Shown: in pieces, positions 1 through 11,918 of the stretch
Position numbering within the stretch: the first letter of the stretch is position 1
How the letters are laid out: the number at the start of each line of letters is the position of its first letter
Source: Alloascoidea hylecoeti
Lineage: Eukaryota
Assembly: GCA_001600815.1 (NCBI GenBank)
Contig: BCKZ01000012.1
Coordinates: forward strand, 434,001-482,450
DNA length: 48,450 nt
Reading direction: 5' to 3'
Made by a program: the position numbers and the translations under genes
The notes under the pieces: generated by a model
The model's database searches: none
Seen by the model: only the letters and a program-made list of their open reading frames with translations
Told to the model about the DNA's origin: nothing

Positions 1-1654
1 TACATGNCATCTCTGCAACTTCGTATACGTAGCTATAGAAGCAAATATTCTTCTTTGGTTTTATTTTAAAGATAATCCTAGACCTTTATCTTAAGAAGAT
101 AATCGAAGATAATCGAATTTATACGATATATATATATATATATATATAAGTTTGTTTCATATGCCTATAATGAAAAGAAATTAAACACAAAAACATTTTT
201 TAAAATTCATCATTATTTACAACTGCAATTGCAAGTTGTCTTCAAGCTACACAACAAGTATAATGTAGAAAATTTACTTTAGACAGCTGAATTATTGGAA
301 CTATATAATGCTGACTTATAACTTAAATATGTATCGAAACCAGGCAAAAACATACTAACTGATTCCAGAAAGATGCAGGTCAGTATGAATATTCAATCCA
401 GAAGAAGTCTTGAATAAATGCCATGAAAAACTCAACCGATTGAAAATACGTCTATTAATTCCACCAAAGATGCTGAGAAACAAGATATGAAGAGTTTGGC
501 CCAGTTTGTGTTGGTGGAAGAATATTTGATTTCTGATGAGAAGACTGCTGCATCGGCGCTACTTCATACATATCATAGATGTTAGCCATGCAAGGCACTC
601 ACTTAATCTAATTCAGGCGTGAGAATGTCTATTTTTAACATTGATGAAATCGGGGAAGTACTATGAACTTCGTACGAAGTAGTGATGATGCAGAATATGC
701 CTCCATCTTTACGATATTCAACTTCAAAAGAGTTCTAAAATCTATAAAAAAAAAAGTTACAATAAACATCAATACATTTGATATAAGCAGTGAATAAATT
801 TGTTAAATTTTACCTTATAATTATAGATGGAGAAACTCTCACCATCGTAACGTCTTTTTTGTTTAAATAATTAAGATTTATAGACTCATATATATTGATA
901 AGCTTCTAGAGGAATTCAGATTGTGATTGGTCATAAATGTATAAATATATGTAACAATTGAAAGTTGAGTGATCCTAATGAAACTAACTCTAAAATTATA
1001 TATGAGGTACCAAATTCTGACTATGGCCACCATAGAAGTCATCAATAAAATTTAGAAGGTTATACGTAAAAGGAAAGTTATCATTGAAAACTGATCTATC
1101 ATATGGAATTGAAATAATTATTAGATTTCAATTTCCTAAATATCTTTCGACATCAACATTTTTGTTGTTGACNAGCTATTACCTGATAGCTGACAAGTTT
1201 TATTATAAGGGAAAATCTACTCTTTTTTTACATGTAGTCTGCTATCTAGTATGGCAATCTCCAAAGAAAAGAAAATGCGTATAAGGTTGTTAGGATGTTT
1301 TGAAATTCCGGGTAACCTTCTGCATCACGTGCGGACTGTCAAACAACTAGACAGTATAGTAGACTAGAATTCTAGGATGATAAAGCGAGATTTCGTATAA
1401 CTAAAATAGTTAATTAATATAGGCTATACTAATCTATTTGATGACTGATAAGAGATCAGAGGGATGGGGTAGTAGTATGGTAAGTGTGGTATGAAGCGAG
1501 AATGGAATGTTAATGAGTTCCTCGCTGTAGGTANAGGATTAACTCTTGTTTCTATATTAATATGTCACCGACTAAAATCATAAGAACATGGTATAAATAA
1601 TTCATTATCATCATACTTCAAAATTTTAATTAAACTTCATATTTGTATCATAAT

Positions 1655-2671
1655 TTAAAATGCATCCATAGTATAATCATGTTCAATACCTGGAGTAACA
1701 CTTGAGATAAACTTTAAAAATATAACTAGATATTGATCTACTCTCACAACATCTTTTTGATCTTTAGCATCTTGTGCCGTTACACCAGAGATATCCTCCC
1801 ATTCATTATCATCATCATCTTTTATACTATTAGAAGAATTTGCAAGACCAAGTTTAGCCATACCATCAACTAACGACTTTCCCTTTTCTTTTTTCAGCTT
1901 AGACTCCTTTTCTCTACGTGAGGATTCAGTTCGACTAATTAAAACTCTCATAACGTTTGCATGACGGCAAGGATGAATTGATACCATTGTTAAATCATCA
2001 ATAAATGGGGATTTCTCGATAGTAACTGTTTTGTGCTTATATTCTCCAACTATATCTTCAAACATATCATCAGGTGATAATGGGTTGCCATCTGAATTAA
2101 AACCAGAGAGATACATTTTAGGAACTCGATATGATGTTGAGTATGTTATGTAAAGGTTATAAGTCCGTGTATTTGTGGTTTTATTTTGCGAGTCTAAAAT
2201 CCCCGGTAATGCTACATCATCATCGTCCTCTTCAAAATCATCAATCTCATCAAAATCATCCTCATTATCCAAGCTTATTCCACTATCATCTTTATCATTA
2301 TCCTTATTAACGGAATTAGAGGAAGTTGTCTGTTTTATTGGATTAAGAGAACCTCCCGTAGTAGTCCACCCTTCCTCGTCTTCAACCTCATCTGCAAAGT
2401 TGCCATCATTCCCCTCTCCTTCTTCAAACGAGCTTGCTCTTATATAACTTGGTACATGCTTTGTGACTAAAAATTGTTTATCGGGTGGCAAAAAATCTCT
2501 TCTTTTGCTTTTAGATCCTGAACCCCACGACCATGTTGGGAATTTATAAACCAAATAATCACCAGCCTGAATAAATTCTTCAGGTGTGATTTCACCTGTC
2601 TTACGAAACGTTGAGACATGTGTGACAGGAGTGAGATATTCACGCCACGAGGAAAGTGTTGAACGGATCAT
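1655..2671 (-). CDS. ATG3: Autophagy E2-like conjugating enzyme Atg3
   Basis: 338-aa ORF with TGEITPEEFIQAGDYLVYKFPTWSW, YRVPKMYLSG, catalytic HPCRHA and C-terminal FLKFISSVTPGIEHDYT. Confidence 0.97.
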   Translation of the reverse strand: MIRSTLSSWREYLTPVTHVSTFRKTGEITPEEFIQAGDYLVYKFPTWSWGSGSKSKRRDFLPPDKQFLVTKHVPSYIRASSFEEGEGNDGNFADEVEDEEGWTTTGGSLNPIKQTTSSNSVNKDNDKDDSGISLDNEDDFDEIDDFEEDDDDVALPGILDSQNKTTNTRTYNLYITYSTSYRVPKMYLSGFNSDGNPLSPDDMFEDIVGEYKHKTVTIEKSPFIDDLTMVSIHPCRHANVMRVLISRTESSRREKESKLKKEKGKSLVDGMAKLGLANSSNSIKDDDDNEWEDISGVTAQDAKDQKDVVRVDQYLVIFLKFISSVTPGIEHDYTMDAF

Positions 2672-2858
2672 GATGATTATATATTAATTTAATTGCTCAG
2701 AGAATGTTAAGTTTACAAATTTACTTGAGTCAGGATGAGATGATTACGATAACAAACACCCAAACATCTACATGATGCTACAGAGGAACTCAAATAAAAA
2801 AAAAATAAAAATAAAAAAAAAGAAAAAGATGGTATAGATTCATTATGAATATATATAG

Positions 2859-4976
2859 TTATAATTCAATCAATAGAGGCTCTGAATTGCAAGACTTTTG
2901 AACTTTTGGCATTTCAGTTGGAGGACTAGGCATTTTCGGGAGACCATTTCCCTGTTGATATTGGTGAGAATATTGAGGTTGAGATAGAGAAGATGGAGGA
3001 GCATAAGGCGCACTATATGAGTTATGATCTGGGATATTATTATTATTAGGTGCTGATGGTGCATTATAAGAAATCTGTGATTCGGGTGGATATGAATCCG
3101 GAATTGATAATTTTCGTGAAATGGGGGGAGAGTTAAGGTGAGACTGTATTGGCTCCTCTCTTTGCGCTTCCAAAGGAACATTTGTTGTTGTAGTAGAGTT
3201 ATAAGCTTCCGTACTCAAAACACCAGGTGTGTAGTAATCATATTCAGGTTGGCTTGGTTGGGAATTACCTGTTTGAGTAGGTTGAAGCTGCTGATGCGAA
3301 GAGTTTGGTTCCTGTTGGTAATTATAGTAAGATTCTGATTCATAAGGAGCAGATGGACCCTGACTATGTGTCTGAAGAGGTTGTGGTTTTTGAGAGGTGG
3401 TTGGTGCCGATTGGAGCGGATATGAATAATACGGTGAATTTTCAGATTGTGTTACAACTTGAGAAACTGGTGGTTGTTGATGATAATCAGGTTTAGTCTG
3501 TGTATGAGGAGCAGGAGGCAATTCTGGTTGAGACTGCGAATAAATATTGTTTGGATAAGCAACAGAACTATTCCGCGACCCACCTGTATGATAACTTTGT
3601 AGTGCTGGTGCCGATGCTTGTGGGTAATTGGAATAAGGTGATTGTCCAGGAGCTTGGGGTTGAATATTGTGTCTTCCATATGCTCTTGACAATTTTGCTT
3701 CCAACATTTGATCATAGTATCTAGAAATAGTACCAATTTTAGAGTGCATATCAACCAATAAATCATATTTTGAAATTGAATCTGCTAAAGATTTGGTTAA
3801 TTTTGGTCTTACTGTGGTCAAATTTGAATATAACTCTTGAAGTTTGGCATCATGAATAATCGACCCTGGTGGTGCTTCTTTCATTCTATTGACTAATGTT
3901 GAGAATAAATAGACATTTTCTTCTTCTTTGAATGTAAGCCCTTCAGGTGTGTTGGTATTGCTGTTTGAGGGCGCATCTCCATAATTTTCGTTATCTTCCC
4001 TTTGTCTTTCAGCTTGCTGCGTTTCCCTGAGTTTCTGATCTTCCATATCTTGTAAGCTAGCGGCAATAGCAGCTTTCAAATCCTCATCTTCTTCTTCGGG
4101 AGATGGTTGAACCGGTTTACTAATTGACACTCGAGGTTTACTAGGTGCAGGGATATTTGATTTTATCCCTTGATCTTCCAAACTGAGCTGTAATGCTCTC
4201 TTAAAGTCTGCGTCTTCATCAACATCAACAAAAGTTACTGCTTTAGTTTTCACATATGGCCGTGCTGCTTTTGGTTGATACAATTTACCGGAACATTTCG
4301 CAAAGCATTCATCACAAACACGGACCGGATCGGTAAACCCCAGAGCAGGGATTGGAATCTCATTGTTAGAGCATGATTGGCAAAAAACGCCACCACAGGA
4401 CCTACAATGATGTTTTCTATTAATAAAAGAAAACTGATTACCACATTGCATGCAATTATCAGCATCTACCCATTCTGGAGGCGTCAAAGAATCAATAAAA
4501 CTGGTAGTTATATTACTCTGTGGTTGTGGGAAAGTAAATTGACGATCTTTCTTTAATTTTTCATAAACAGTAACAACATATTTTAATTGAACTTGATCTT
4601 TAAAAGTAAGAGCCCATGTTTGAATAAGATCTAAAATCAAATTTTTAACTTCAGGGTGAGTTTGAGAATTCTTTACAATGATAACTAAAACATCAATAAA
4701 TTCCCTTGATGCAATAGCAATCAAAAAATGATTACCACCATTTTTAATACATGTATCAATAAGATGTAATGTTGACATTTGAACATTTGGATTTTTATTT
4801 GATATAAGACGTTTCTTTAAGGATTTCATAGCATCATTTGCTGGGACTTTTTTAGACCGGATCATATCACATATTTCTAATGAAGTCACTAAATCAGTTT
4901 CACCAAAGGGGATAGACTCCGAAGTGGCCCGTGCTACCTGTTCATCTATATTAACTGTGTTTGAGAACCAAGACAT
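2859..4976 (-). CDS. VPS27: ESCRT-0 subunit Vps27 (VHS, FYVE, two UIMs)
   Basis: N-terminal VHS, FYVE (WVDADNCMQC...RKHHCRSCG...RVCDEC), UIMs DEDADFKRALQLSL and EDEDLKAAIAASL, Q/P-rich tail. Confidence 0.96.
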   Translation of the reverse strand: MSWFSNTVNIDEQVARATSESIPFGETDLVTSLEICDMIRSKKVPANDAMKSLKKRLISNKNPNVQMSTLHLIDTCIKNGGNHFLIAIASREFIDVLVIIVKNSQTHPEVKNLILDLIQTWALTFKDQVQLKYVVTVYEKLKKDRQFTFPQPQSNITTSFIDSLTPPEWVDADNCMQCGNQFSFINRKHHCRSCGGVFCQSCSNNEIPIPALGFTDPVRVCDECFAKCSGKLYQPKAARPYVKTKAVTFVDVDEDADFKRALQLSLEDQGIKSNIPAPSKPRVSISKPVQPSPEEEDEDLKAAIAASLQDMEDQKLRETQQAERQREDNENYGDAPSNSNTNTPEGLTFKEEENVYLFSTLVNRMKEAPPGSIIHDAKLQELYSNLTTVRPKLTKSLADSISKYDLLVDMHSKIGTISRYYDQMLEAKLSRAYGRHNIQPQAPGQSPYSNYPQASAPALQSYHTGGSRNSSVAYPNNIYSQSQPELPPAPHTQTKPDYHQQPPVSQVVTQSENSPYYSYPLQSAPTTSQKPQPLQTHSQGPSAPYESESYYNYQQEPNSSHQQLQPTQTGNSQPSQPEYDYYTPGVLSTEAYNSTTTTNVPLEAQREEPIQSHLNSPPISRKLSIPDSYPPESQISYNAPSAPNNNNIPDHNSYSAPYAPPSSLSQPQYSHQYQQGNGLPKMPSPPTEMPKVQKSCNSEPLLIEL

Positions 4977-5564
4977 GATTTTATGGATATAAGTGGTGGC
5001 AAGTGGATGATTGATTGATAAACCAACTAAAACATCAGTTGAAATATGGAAACTGGAGTGTATGGGTGTATTTCATTATCGACGTTAATACAATGTCCCC
5101 AAATAAAGGAATCAAAAATTCCAATCAATTTATAAGGATTCATTAAATTTGTAAAATTAGAGCTATATTTATATTAAACAACAGATCTCGTTTTGGGTGT
5201 GGCCGTTTAGTTTGCTTTCTGTGGTACCGTATACCGGGTACATGTATAGTTAATATTAAGGTACCGGTATAACTAGTGAGCAGCTTGCCTCACACTACGT
5301 ATATGAGATTTGCTTTTATAAACTGAAATATCTTTATAATTAATTCTAAGTAGTTATCATGGACAGTATACCTTTCTTGAGAAGTCACTCTGTCCATAAT
5401 TACAAAGTTTATGGCAATCGTTTTTATACGATATAATCCAAGAAGTTTATGGGAACATTAAGGATAGATTCTATTGCTATGTATATATATCTACTCATGC
5501 TAACCCGGATTGACATAATCCAACATACAGAATGGTAGAATTGCTATACCAAATACCACACAGA

Positions 5565-6022
5565 ATGGCCATGAAGATTATTATAGATAAATTCAAACAG
5601 TACAGCGATGAAATTGAGAAAACATTCAGTGAAAATAGGCATCAGCTATCCGAGGTGGACCCCAGCATTTTTTTTGGTGACCTTAGTAAGGAGGAAAATT
5701 TAAACGAGTTGATGGCGCTTACTGAAGAAAGTATATTCTTCAATAGCAGTTCACTTGTGTTACAAAACCTTCTGTGCAATTTACCCATGACAGGTTTGTT
5801 TATAACTGGGTATAATAGTATGCCAAATATAGATAGATCAAGTGGTGCTGCTAGAAAGACTGGATCAAGTGGTGCTGTTAATGTTAACACTAGTTCCGAG
5901 ATAAATCAAATGGGTGATTATTTTTACACAACTTCATTTATCAATGGTGAGACACTAAAATTCGAAGCAGAAAGTATTTGGTTGGAGACAGCATTATCGC
6001 AATTAGATGGCCCTAGAGTAAA
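5565..6022 (+). CDS. N-terminal part of a divergent paralogue of the nuclease-kinase protein at 45305-47287, truncated by the assembly gap (alternative start 5532)
   Basis: FGDLSKEENLNEL / NLPMTGL / WLETALSQLDGP align with FGDLKIQENLEEL / NIPMTGL / WVKEMLPVVKGP of the 660-aa ORF; the frame is open up to the N-run. Confidence 0.8.
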
Positions 6023-6937
6023 NNNNNNNNNNNNNNNNNNNNNNNNNNNNNNNNNNNNNNNNNNNNNNNNNNNNNNNNNNNNNNNNNNNNNNNNNNNNNN
6101 NNNNNNNNNNNNNNNNNNNNNNNNNNNNNNNNNNNNNNNNNNNNNNNNNNNNNNNNNNNNNNNNNNNNNNNNNNNNNNNNNNNNNNNNNNNNNNNNNNNN
6201 NNNNNNNNNNNNNNNNNNNNNNNNNNNNNNNNNNNNNNNNNNNNNNNNNNNNNNNNNNNNNNNNNNNNNNNNNNNNNNNNNNNNNNNNNNNNNNNNNNNN
6301 NNNNNNNNNNNNNNNNNNNNNNNNNNNNNNNNNNNNNNNNNNNNNNNNNNNNNNNNNNNNNNNNNNNNNNNNNNNNNNNNNNNNNNNNNNNNNNNNNNNN
6401 NNNNNNNNNNNNNNNNNNNNNNNNNNNNNNNNNNNNNNNNNNNNNNNNNNNNNNNNNNNNNNNNNNNNNNNNNNNNNNNNNNNNNNNNNNNNNNNNNNNN
6501 NNNNNNNNNNNNNNNNNNNNNNNNNNNNNNNNNNNNNNNNNNNNNNNNNNNNNNNNNNNNNNNNNNNNNNNNNNNNNNNNNNNNNNNNNNNNNNNNNNNN
6601 NNNNNNNNNNNNNNNNNNNNNNNNNNNNNNNNNNNNNNNNNNNNNNNNNNNNNNNNNNNNNNNNNNNNNNNNNNNNNNNNNNNNNNNNNNNNNNNNNNNN
6701 NNNNNNNNNNNNNNNNNNNNNNNNNNNNNNNNNNNNNNNNNNNNNNNNNNNNNNNNNNNNNNNNNNNNNNNNNNNNNNNNNNNNNNNNNNNNNNNNNNNN
6801 NNNNNNNNNNNNNNNNNNNNNNNNNNNNNNNNNNNNNNNNNNNNNNNNNNNNNNNNNNNNNNNNNNNNNNNNNNNNNNNNNNNNNNNNNNNNNNNNNNNN
6901 NNNNNNNNNNNNNNNNNNNNNNNNNNNNNNNNNNNNN
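6023..6937. other. Assembly gap (915 N)
   Basis: Run of N. Confidence 1.
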
Positions 6938-8916
6938 GAAATAGCTACATCATATTTATCATCAATTGTGCCTAAATCGCCAAGTCTACCATTGAAGCCA
7001 TCCAATCTTCCAGATGCTTTAAGATGAGACAAACCAGCCAAAACTTTATTTCTTGTTTTTGTATTTGTAAGGGATCCTTTAGCTTCATTTGTTTTCTGTC
7101 TAGATTCGGTCAATTCAGTCTTTAATTCTTTCAACTTAGCATTCGCGTGTGAACATTCATTATTACCAAGATCAATTTGATTTTTGTTATGTTCGAATTC
7201 TTTCTTCAAAGCCNCAAGTTCACGTTCTTTACTTCTTCCTTACTTCATGGTATCTTGTTCTACAGCTAGAGATTCATTTATATTATTAATGAGCGAATCT
7301 TTTTTTTCTTTTAACATATCAACATTGCTTTGAGAGACAGCTACTTCTGAAGACTTTTGTGTGATTTTTTCTCTCCATGGTTCACCTTCTTTAACCAGCT
7401 TATCAATTTGAAGGGTTATATCCTTAGTTTTGTCCTTCAAGCTATTTCTAATTTCCTCAAGCTCTTGCTTTTCGACCTCAAAGTTTTTTATGAGGTCTTG
7501 GATTTCTTGTTTAACTTGATTTGTTTCTGTTTCTTGATTTTTCAAATAAGAACTTGCTTCATTAATAATCTTCTGTGAAGCATCCATGGTTTTCACAGAT
7601 TTCCGTTTCTTACCCTCCAAATGTTTTCTTTTTTCCTCTATTTGAAGTTTTTCACGTTCTGCTTGGTTTTGTTTTTTCTTTAGTGTTTTAACAACTTCCG
7701 ACATCTGTTCATATTCTTTTTGCATAACTTTGTATTGAGCCTCCAATTCTTTGATCTGTTCAATTGAACCTTTGCCATTTTCTCGTTCTTGTTCCAGCTT
7801 TGCTCTCAATTCTTCAACCACTTTGGCACACAGTTCAATATTTTGTTGTTTTTCATAACCTAATAATTGATAAAGTGCAGCTTTCTTTCTTGTTAATTCG
7901 TTTTCAGTAGTTAAAAACTCAAGAGCAACATCTTTTTTATCTTCTAAAGCATCTTTTTCTTTCTCAACAATTGAGAATCTTTGTTCCTTTTCACGACAGA
8001 GATTATTTAATATATCAACTTTTTGCAATGATTCTTCAATAGGTTTTTTGTATTTAGATGTACCAATAATATCCTCTAAATATTCAAGTAGACCATCTTC
8101 ATTTTCCTTTTCGGCTTTTGCTTTCATTTGTGCAATGGATTCAATTTCACCTTGTAATATAAGAAAACGATTCGAATCTAGTGGGATTCCTTTTGACTTT
8201 AGTAGTTCATTAACTTCAGAATAAGTTGATGTTTTACCATTAATGAAATATTTTGAGGAATTATTCTTAAATGCTCGTCTAGAAACAATTAAGTCGCTAT
8301 TTGGAACTTGTGTGATGGAATCAACATTATCTAGAACATCATGAAAGTATATATCAACTGAACAAAAGTCTAGATCCGGGTGAGCTTCTGATTGATGAAT
8401 AAGTGCAGATAATTTTCCGTGTCTCATTTTACTTGCCCTGAATCCAAAAACAAATAATAGTGAATCAATTACATTTGATTTACCAGAACCGTTAGGTCCA
8501 ACGATAGCAGAAAAAGAGTTGTCAAAAGGTCCAATTTCCTGAACACCAGCATATGATTTGAAATTCGTAAGAACCAACTTTTTAATTACAAGACGCGACG
8601 GATTTGTTTCGATTGGTTGAGAAATCATTGGTTCTTGAACTAGTGGTGGATCAACTTCCATTTGGGTATCCGGTGTTTTATTCACAGAATTTGTGTCATC
8701 TGTAACATCATTAGTAGTTATGTTATTTTCCTTTTCATGATTTATAGAATTGAGGTCTGGTTCAGGTTTACTAACGGACTTAATAGGTTCTAGATGAGCC
8801 ACCTCTATCGATTGATGTGTTACATTTGAAGTATTGGATTCGTGTTGTTCCTCGTCTGAGTCAATCTCAGAAAGAGCCACTCTTCGTCTCGTTCGTCTTC
8901 CTCTAATTCCGGCCAT
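6938..8916 (-). CDS. SMC4: Condensin subunit Smc4, N-terminal half to the hinge; in-frame TAA at 7242-7240; 3' part lost in the gap
   Basis: LTNFKSYAG, Walker A GPNGSGKSN, FVFGFRASKMR, RFLILQGEIESIAQMK, GLLEYLEDIIGT, coiled coil and hinge GRLGDLGTIDDKYDVAI; likely ATG at 8916 (MAGIRGRR). Confidence 0.93.
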
Positions 8917-9072
8917 TGGAGGTTTGAATAATAAAAGAATAGGTCTAAAAAAAGGGGGTATCAAAAGTAGAGAAACGTGAGAACAGATCAAAAATGCGTA
9001 TAGAAGACATCACAAAAATCTTTGTTTTCTCCATTATCCTATAGTCACCACAGCAACGCGATCATGATGCGT

Positions 9073-9109
9073 CCGGGTAAGATCTGGATCTGGTTGCAGG
9101 TTCGAACCC
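9073..9109 (+). promoter_or_regulatory. Reb1-type site (CCGGGTAA, 9073-9080) and Pol III B-box (GGTTCGAACCC, 9099-9109) in the SMC4/ARP6 divergent intergenic region
   Basis: Exact consensus matches; no canonical tRNA gene around them. Confidence 0.5.
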
Positions 9110-9739
9110 CGTGTGCTGCCTACTATGATATATCAAAAGTAGTATAAACTTATAAATACTATTATGAATGGTATTAAAAACAATATGCGACGTTTGTTTG
9201 TACCTTATATTTAATCTTCTTTATAAGTGCCAACTTTTTTATTAGAAATTTGATTGATTGCAACTGAGTGGTTAACCTATAAATTTCATTATAATTAAGT
9301 GTCGACCTTTTTCACTATTCACTATAGCTACTCAATTGCAAAAAGCCAAATCATAAGCAATTGATTTCTTCTCCTAGGTATAGACTTAACTATAGTAGTA
9401 CAATATAAGCACTTTTCTTTCCTTTGTAATATTATTATCGCCGATAATTACTTCAAAAGTGGCCTATATTAAGTGGAAACACGGTATTATTTCTTAGCAA
9501 CCACTATTAGCGTTAATTTCTCTATATATTATTAAATGGCTATACCATGATATAGATTGTAATTGCCGAAAACTTTAGCTAATATTTATGAATAGGCGGG
9601 AAAGTATTATAGATTAATTTCCCATATGATCATGACCCGGATTGTAGATGTGTTGTTATGGCAACACAATTTGACATTGGGTGTAGTGATATTTTCATAT
9701 TCAAAAACTAACATTCAAAATATCATACTAGATTTAAAC

Positions 9740-11515
9740 ATGTCTAGGACGCTGGTAATAGACAATGGTTCATATACTCTAAAAGTGGGATATTCATCGC
9801 CCGAATCTGTCACACCTCTAGTTATTCCAAACTCTATTGCTCGATCAAGGGACAAAAGAACATTTGTTGGATCACAATTAGACGATTGTAGAGATTATTC
9901 TGGAATGGTTTTTAGAAGACCAAATGAAAAGGTAATACTCTTTTAGAAGGTTCTTATATGTTGTGATTGAATATTAAAACAATAATAATAGGGTCAAATA
10001 GTTAATTGGGAATGTCAGAAAGCGTTATGGGATTACACATTTTATAACGATGCTACAAAACTAAAGGTTCGTTAAAACAGTTATAAGATCTTATATGTTG
10101 AAACCAAGTAACTGATTATGAATAAATGAAGGTCGATCCACTTGACACGAAACTCGTGCTAACAGAGACTCCTTTTACCCTCCCTACCTTATCAGCCAAT
10201 ACAGACCAGGTGGTATTTGAAGAGTATGGTTTTGAATCGTTTATCCGAAAACCTGGTATGTTTCATATTATACTTGCTTTGGATTTTTCCCTTTACTGGA
10301 TATATCTAACTATCTTTATGGGAATTAGCAAGTGGTTATGTTCCTTGGAATAATATTGCAAACCTATATGAGGACAAGCCTCCCACGAAATCAAAACCAA
10401 AAGCAAAAACGATACCATCATTATACAATTTTGCACTAATTGTAGATTCTGGATTCAGTGCTACAACGGTTACGCCTGTGATAAATGGTGAAGTTCAATG
10501 GGGTAGTATTAAAAGGTAAGTTTTGAGTCCCCTTTTAAGTATTTTGAATTAATAATATATTAACCAAAAATAATTATTAGACTAAATATTGGTGGTAATA
10601 TCTTAACAAACTACCTGAGAGAGACCATATCTTTTCGCTACTACAATGTTATGGAGGAAACTTATTTAATAAATACAATCAAGGAGAAATGTTGTTTTGT
10701 TTCCACAAAATTCAATGAAGATTTAGATATAGCTCATAATATTTCAAAAAAGATTAACCCTCTACGTATAGATTATTTGCTTCCCGACTTCAATACTACA
10801 GTTAAAGGACATATAGTAGAGAAAAACAAAGATAATACAATCTCAAAGGACTCGGAAGACTCACAAACTCTTTCATTATTAGAAGAGAGGTTTACAGTTC
10901 CTGATATATTATTCCATCCTAGCGATATAGGGCTATTTCAATGTGGAATTCCAGAGATGATAATAAAGTGTTTAGAAACGGTTCCTGAACAATACAAGCC
11001 ATTGGTATTGGCGAATGTCGTGTTAATTGGCGGTAATACAAAAATACCAAATTATTCAGAGAGAATGTAAGTCATTGATTTGATAATATTATTAGATTTA
11101 AAACTAACTTATATTTATATGTATAGTGCACAAGATTTAAGATCATTAGCTCCGGCAAACTACACAGTTAGAGTAGGAACACCAGAAGAGTAAGTGATTA
11201 TATAACTATTCTCTAAGGAAATATACTCTCCTAACCTTGATATTCTATAGTCCTATAACTTATGCCTGGCATGGCGCAAATAATTTTGCCCAATCCCCCA
11301 GTTTCGAATCCAAAATCCTAACTCGAGATGAATATTTTGAAAATGGTTCTTCATATTGTCACAAAAAATTTGCTTATAAGATTGCATCCGCTTTCGATCA
11401 TTACGATGATGATTTAGAAGATGAAGATATGAATGAAGAAATGATAATGAGAGGTGAAGTAAGACATGTTGACGATGATGTTGATATTGGAAAAGAATTA
11501 TGGGAGGATGAATAA
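9740..11515 (+). CDS. ARP6: Actin-related protein Arp6 (SWR1 complex); 7 exons: 9740-9931, 9992-10066, 10132-10255, 10329-10515, 10581-11066, 11127-11189, 11251-11515
   Basis: TLVIDNGSYTLKVG, FRRPNEKGQIVNWECQKALWD, VVFEEYGF, IVDSGFSAT, NYLRETISFRYYNVMEET, ERFTVPDILFHPSDIG; GT-AG introns join the pieces in frame. Confidence 0.93.
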
Positions 11516-11918
11516 GTTATCAAATGCTCATCTCCATCTGTACTGTCCAATATTGGCTTTGTATTATATTTCATACTATTTATTACTTATGCATCCAATT
11601 TAAATAGTTGTTAGCTGATCATAGGAATGAGAATTTAACAGAAATTGGAATTATCCTTCATAACAATTCATATCTTCTTGGTATAGTGCTTTAGTGCATA
11701 ATAGTTATATTAATTGGTAATTTTGATTTAGACATAATATTCGTGAATTGTGCAGTTCATAATTATATATTTCTTTAACATATGAACAGATAAATAAAAG
11801 CAAAACGAAACAAAAAGCAAAATAATTAAATAACTATATCAACATGAATAAAATCAATTGTGATGGACTACAATAATCAATTCAAGAAAAGTAAAAATAC
11901 TTATGAGAAACTGTAATG

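Noticed and set aside
480..600. Possible kinase remnant (FVLVEEYL...H-R-D-V-S after assuming a deletion)
   Set aside because: Needs an assumed indel and has no supporting DFG or lysine motif
2175..4465. Short antisense or alternate-frame ORFs within ATG3 and VPS27 (similar ones occur in SMC4, GPD, the RRM gene and others)
   Set aside because: Shadow ORFs of well-supported genes
5230..5277. Imperfect inverted repeat followed by CTAG as a Helitron 3' end
   Set aside because: Spacing does not fit, there is no counterpart at the other copy, and no Rep/helicase sequence is visible
5532..7209. 470-aa and 398-aa ORFs in the track
   Set aside because: Their lengths are artefacts of translating through the N gap; only the flanking parts are real
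9050..9120. Functional tRNA-Leu(AAG) gene
   Set aside because: No A-box or U8, mismatched acceptor and T stems, no long variable arm; kept only as an orphan B-box
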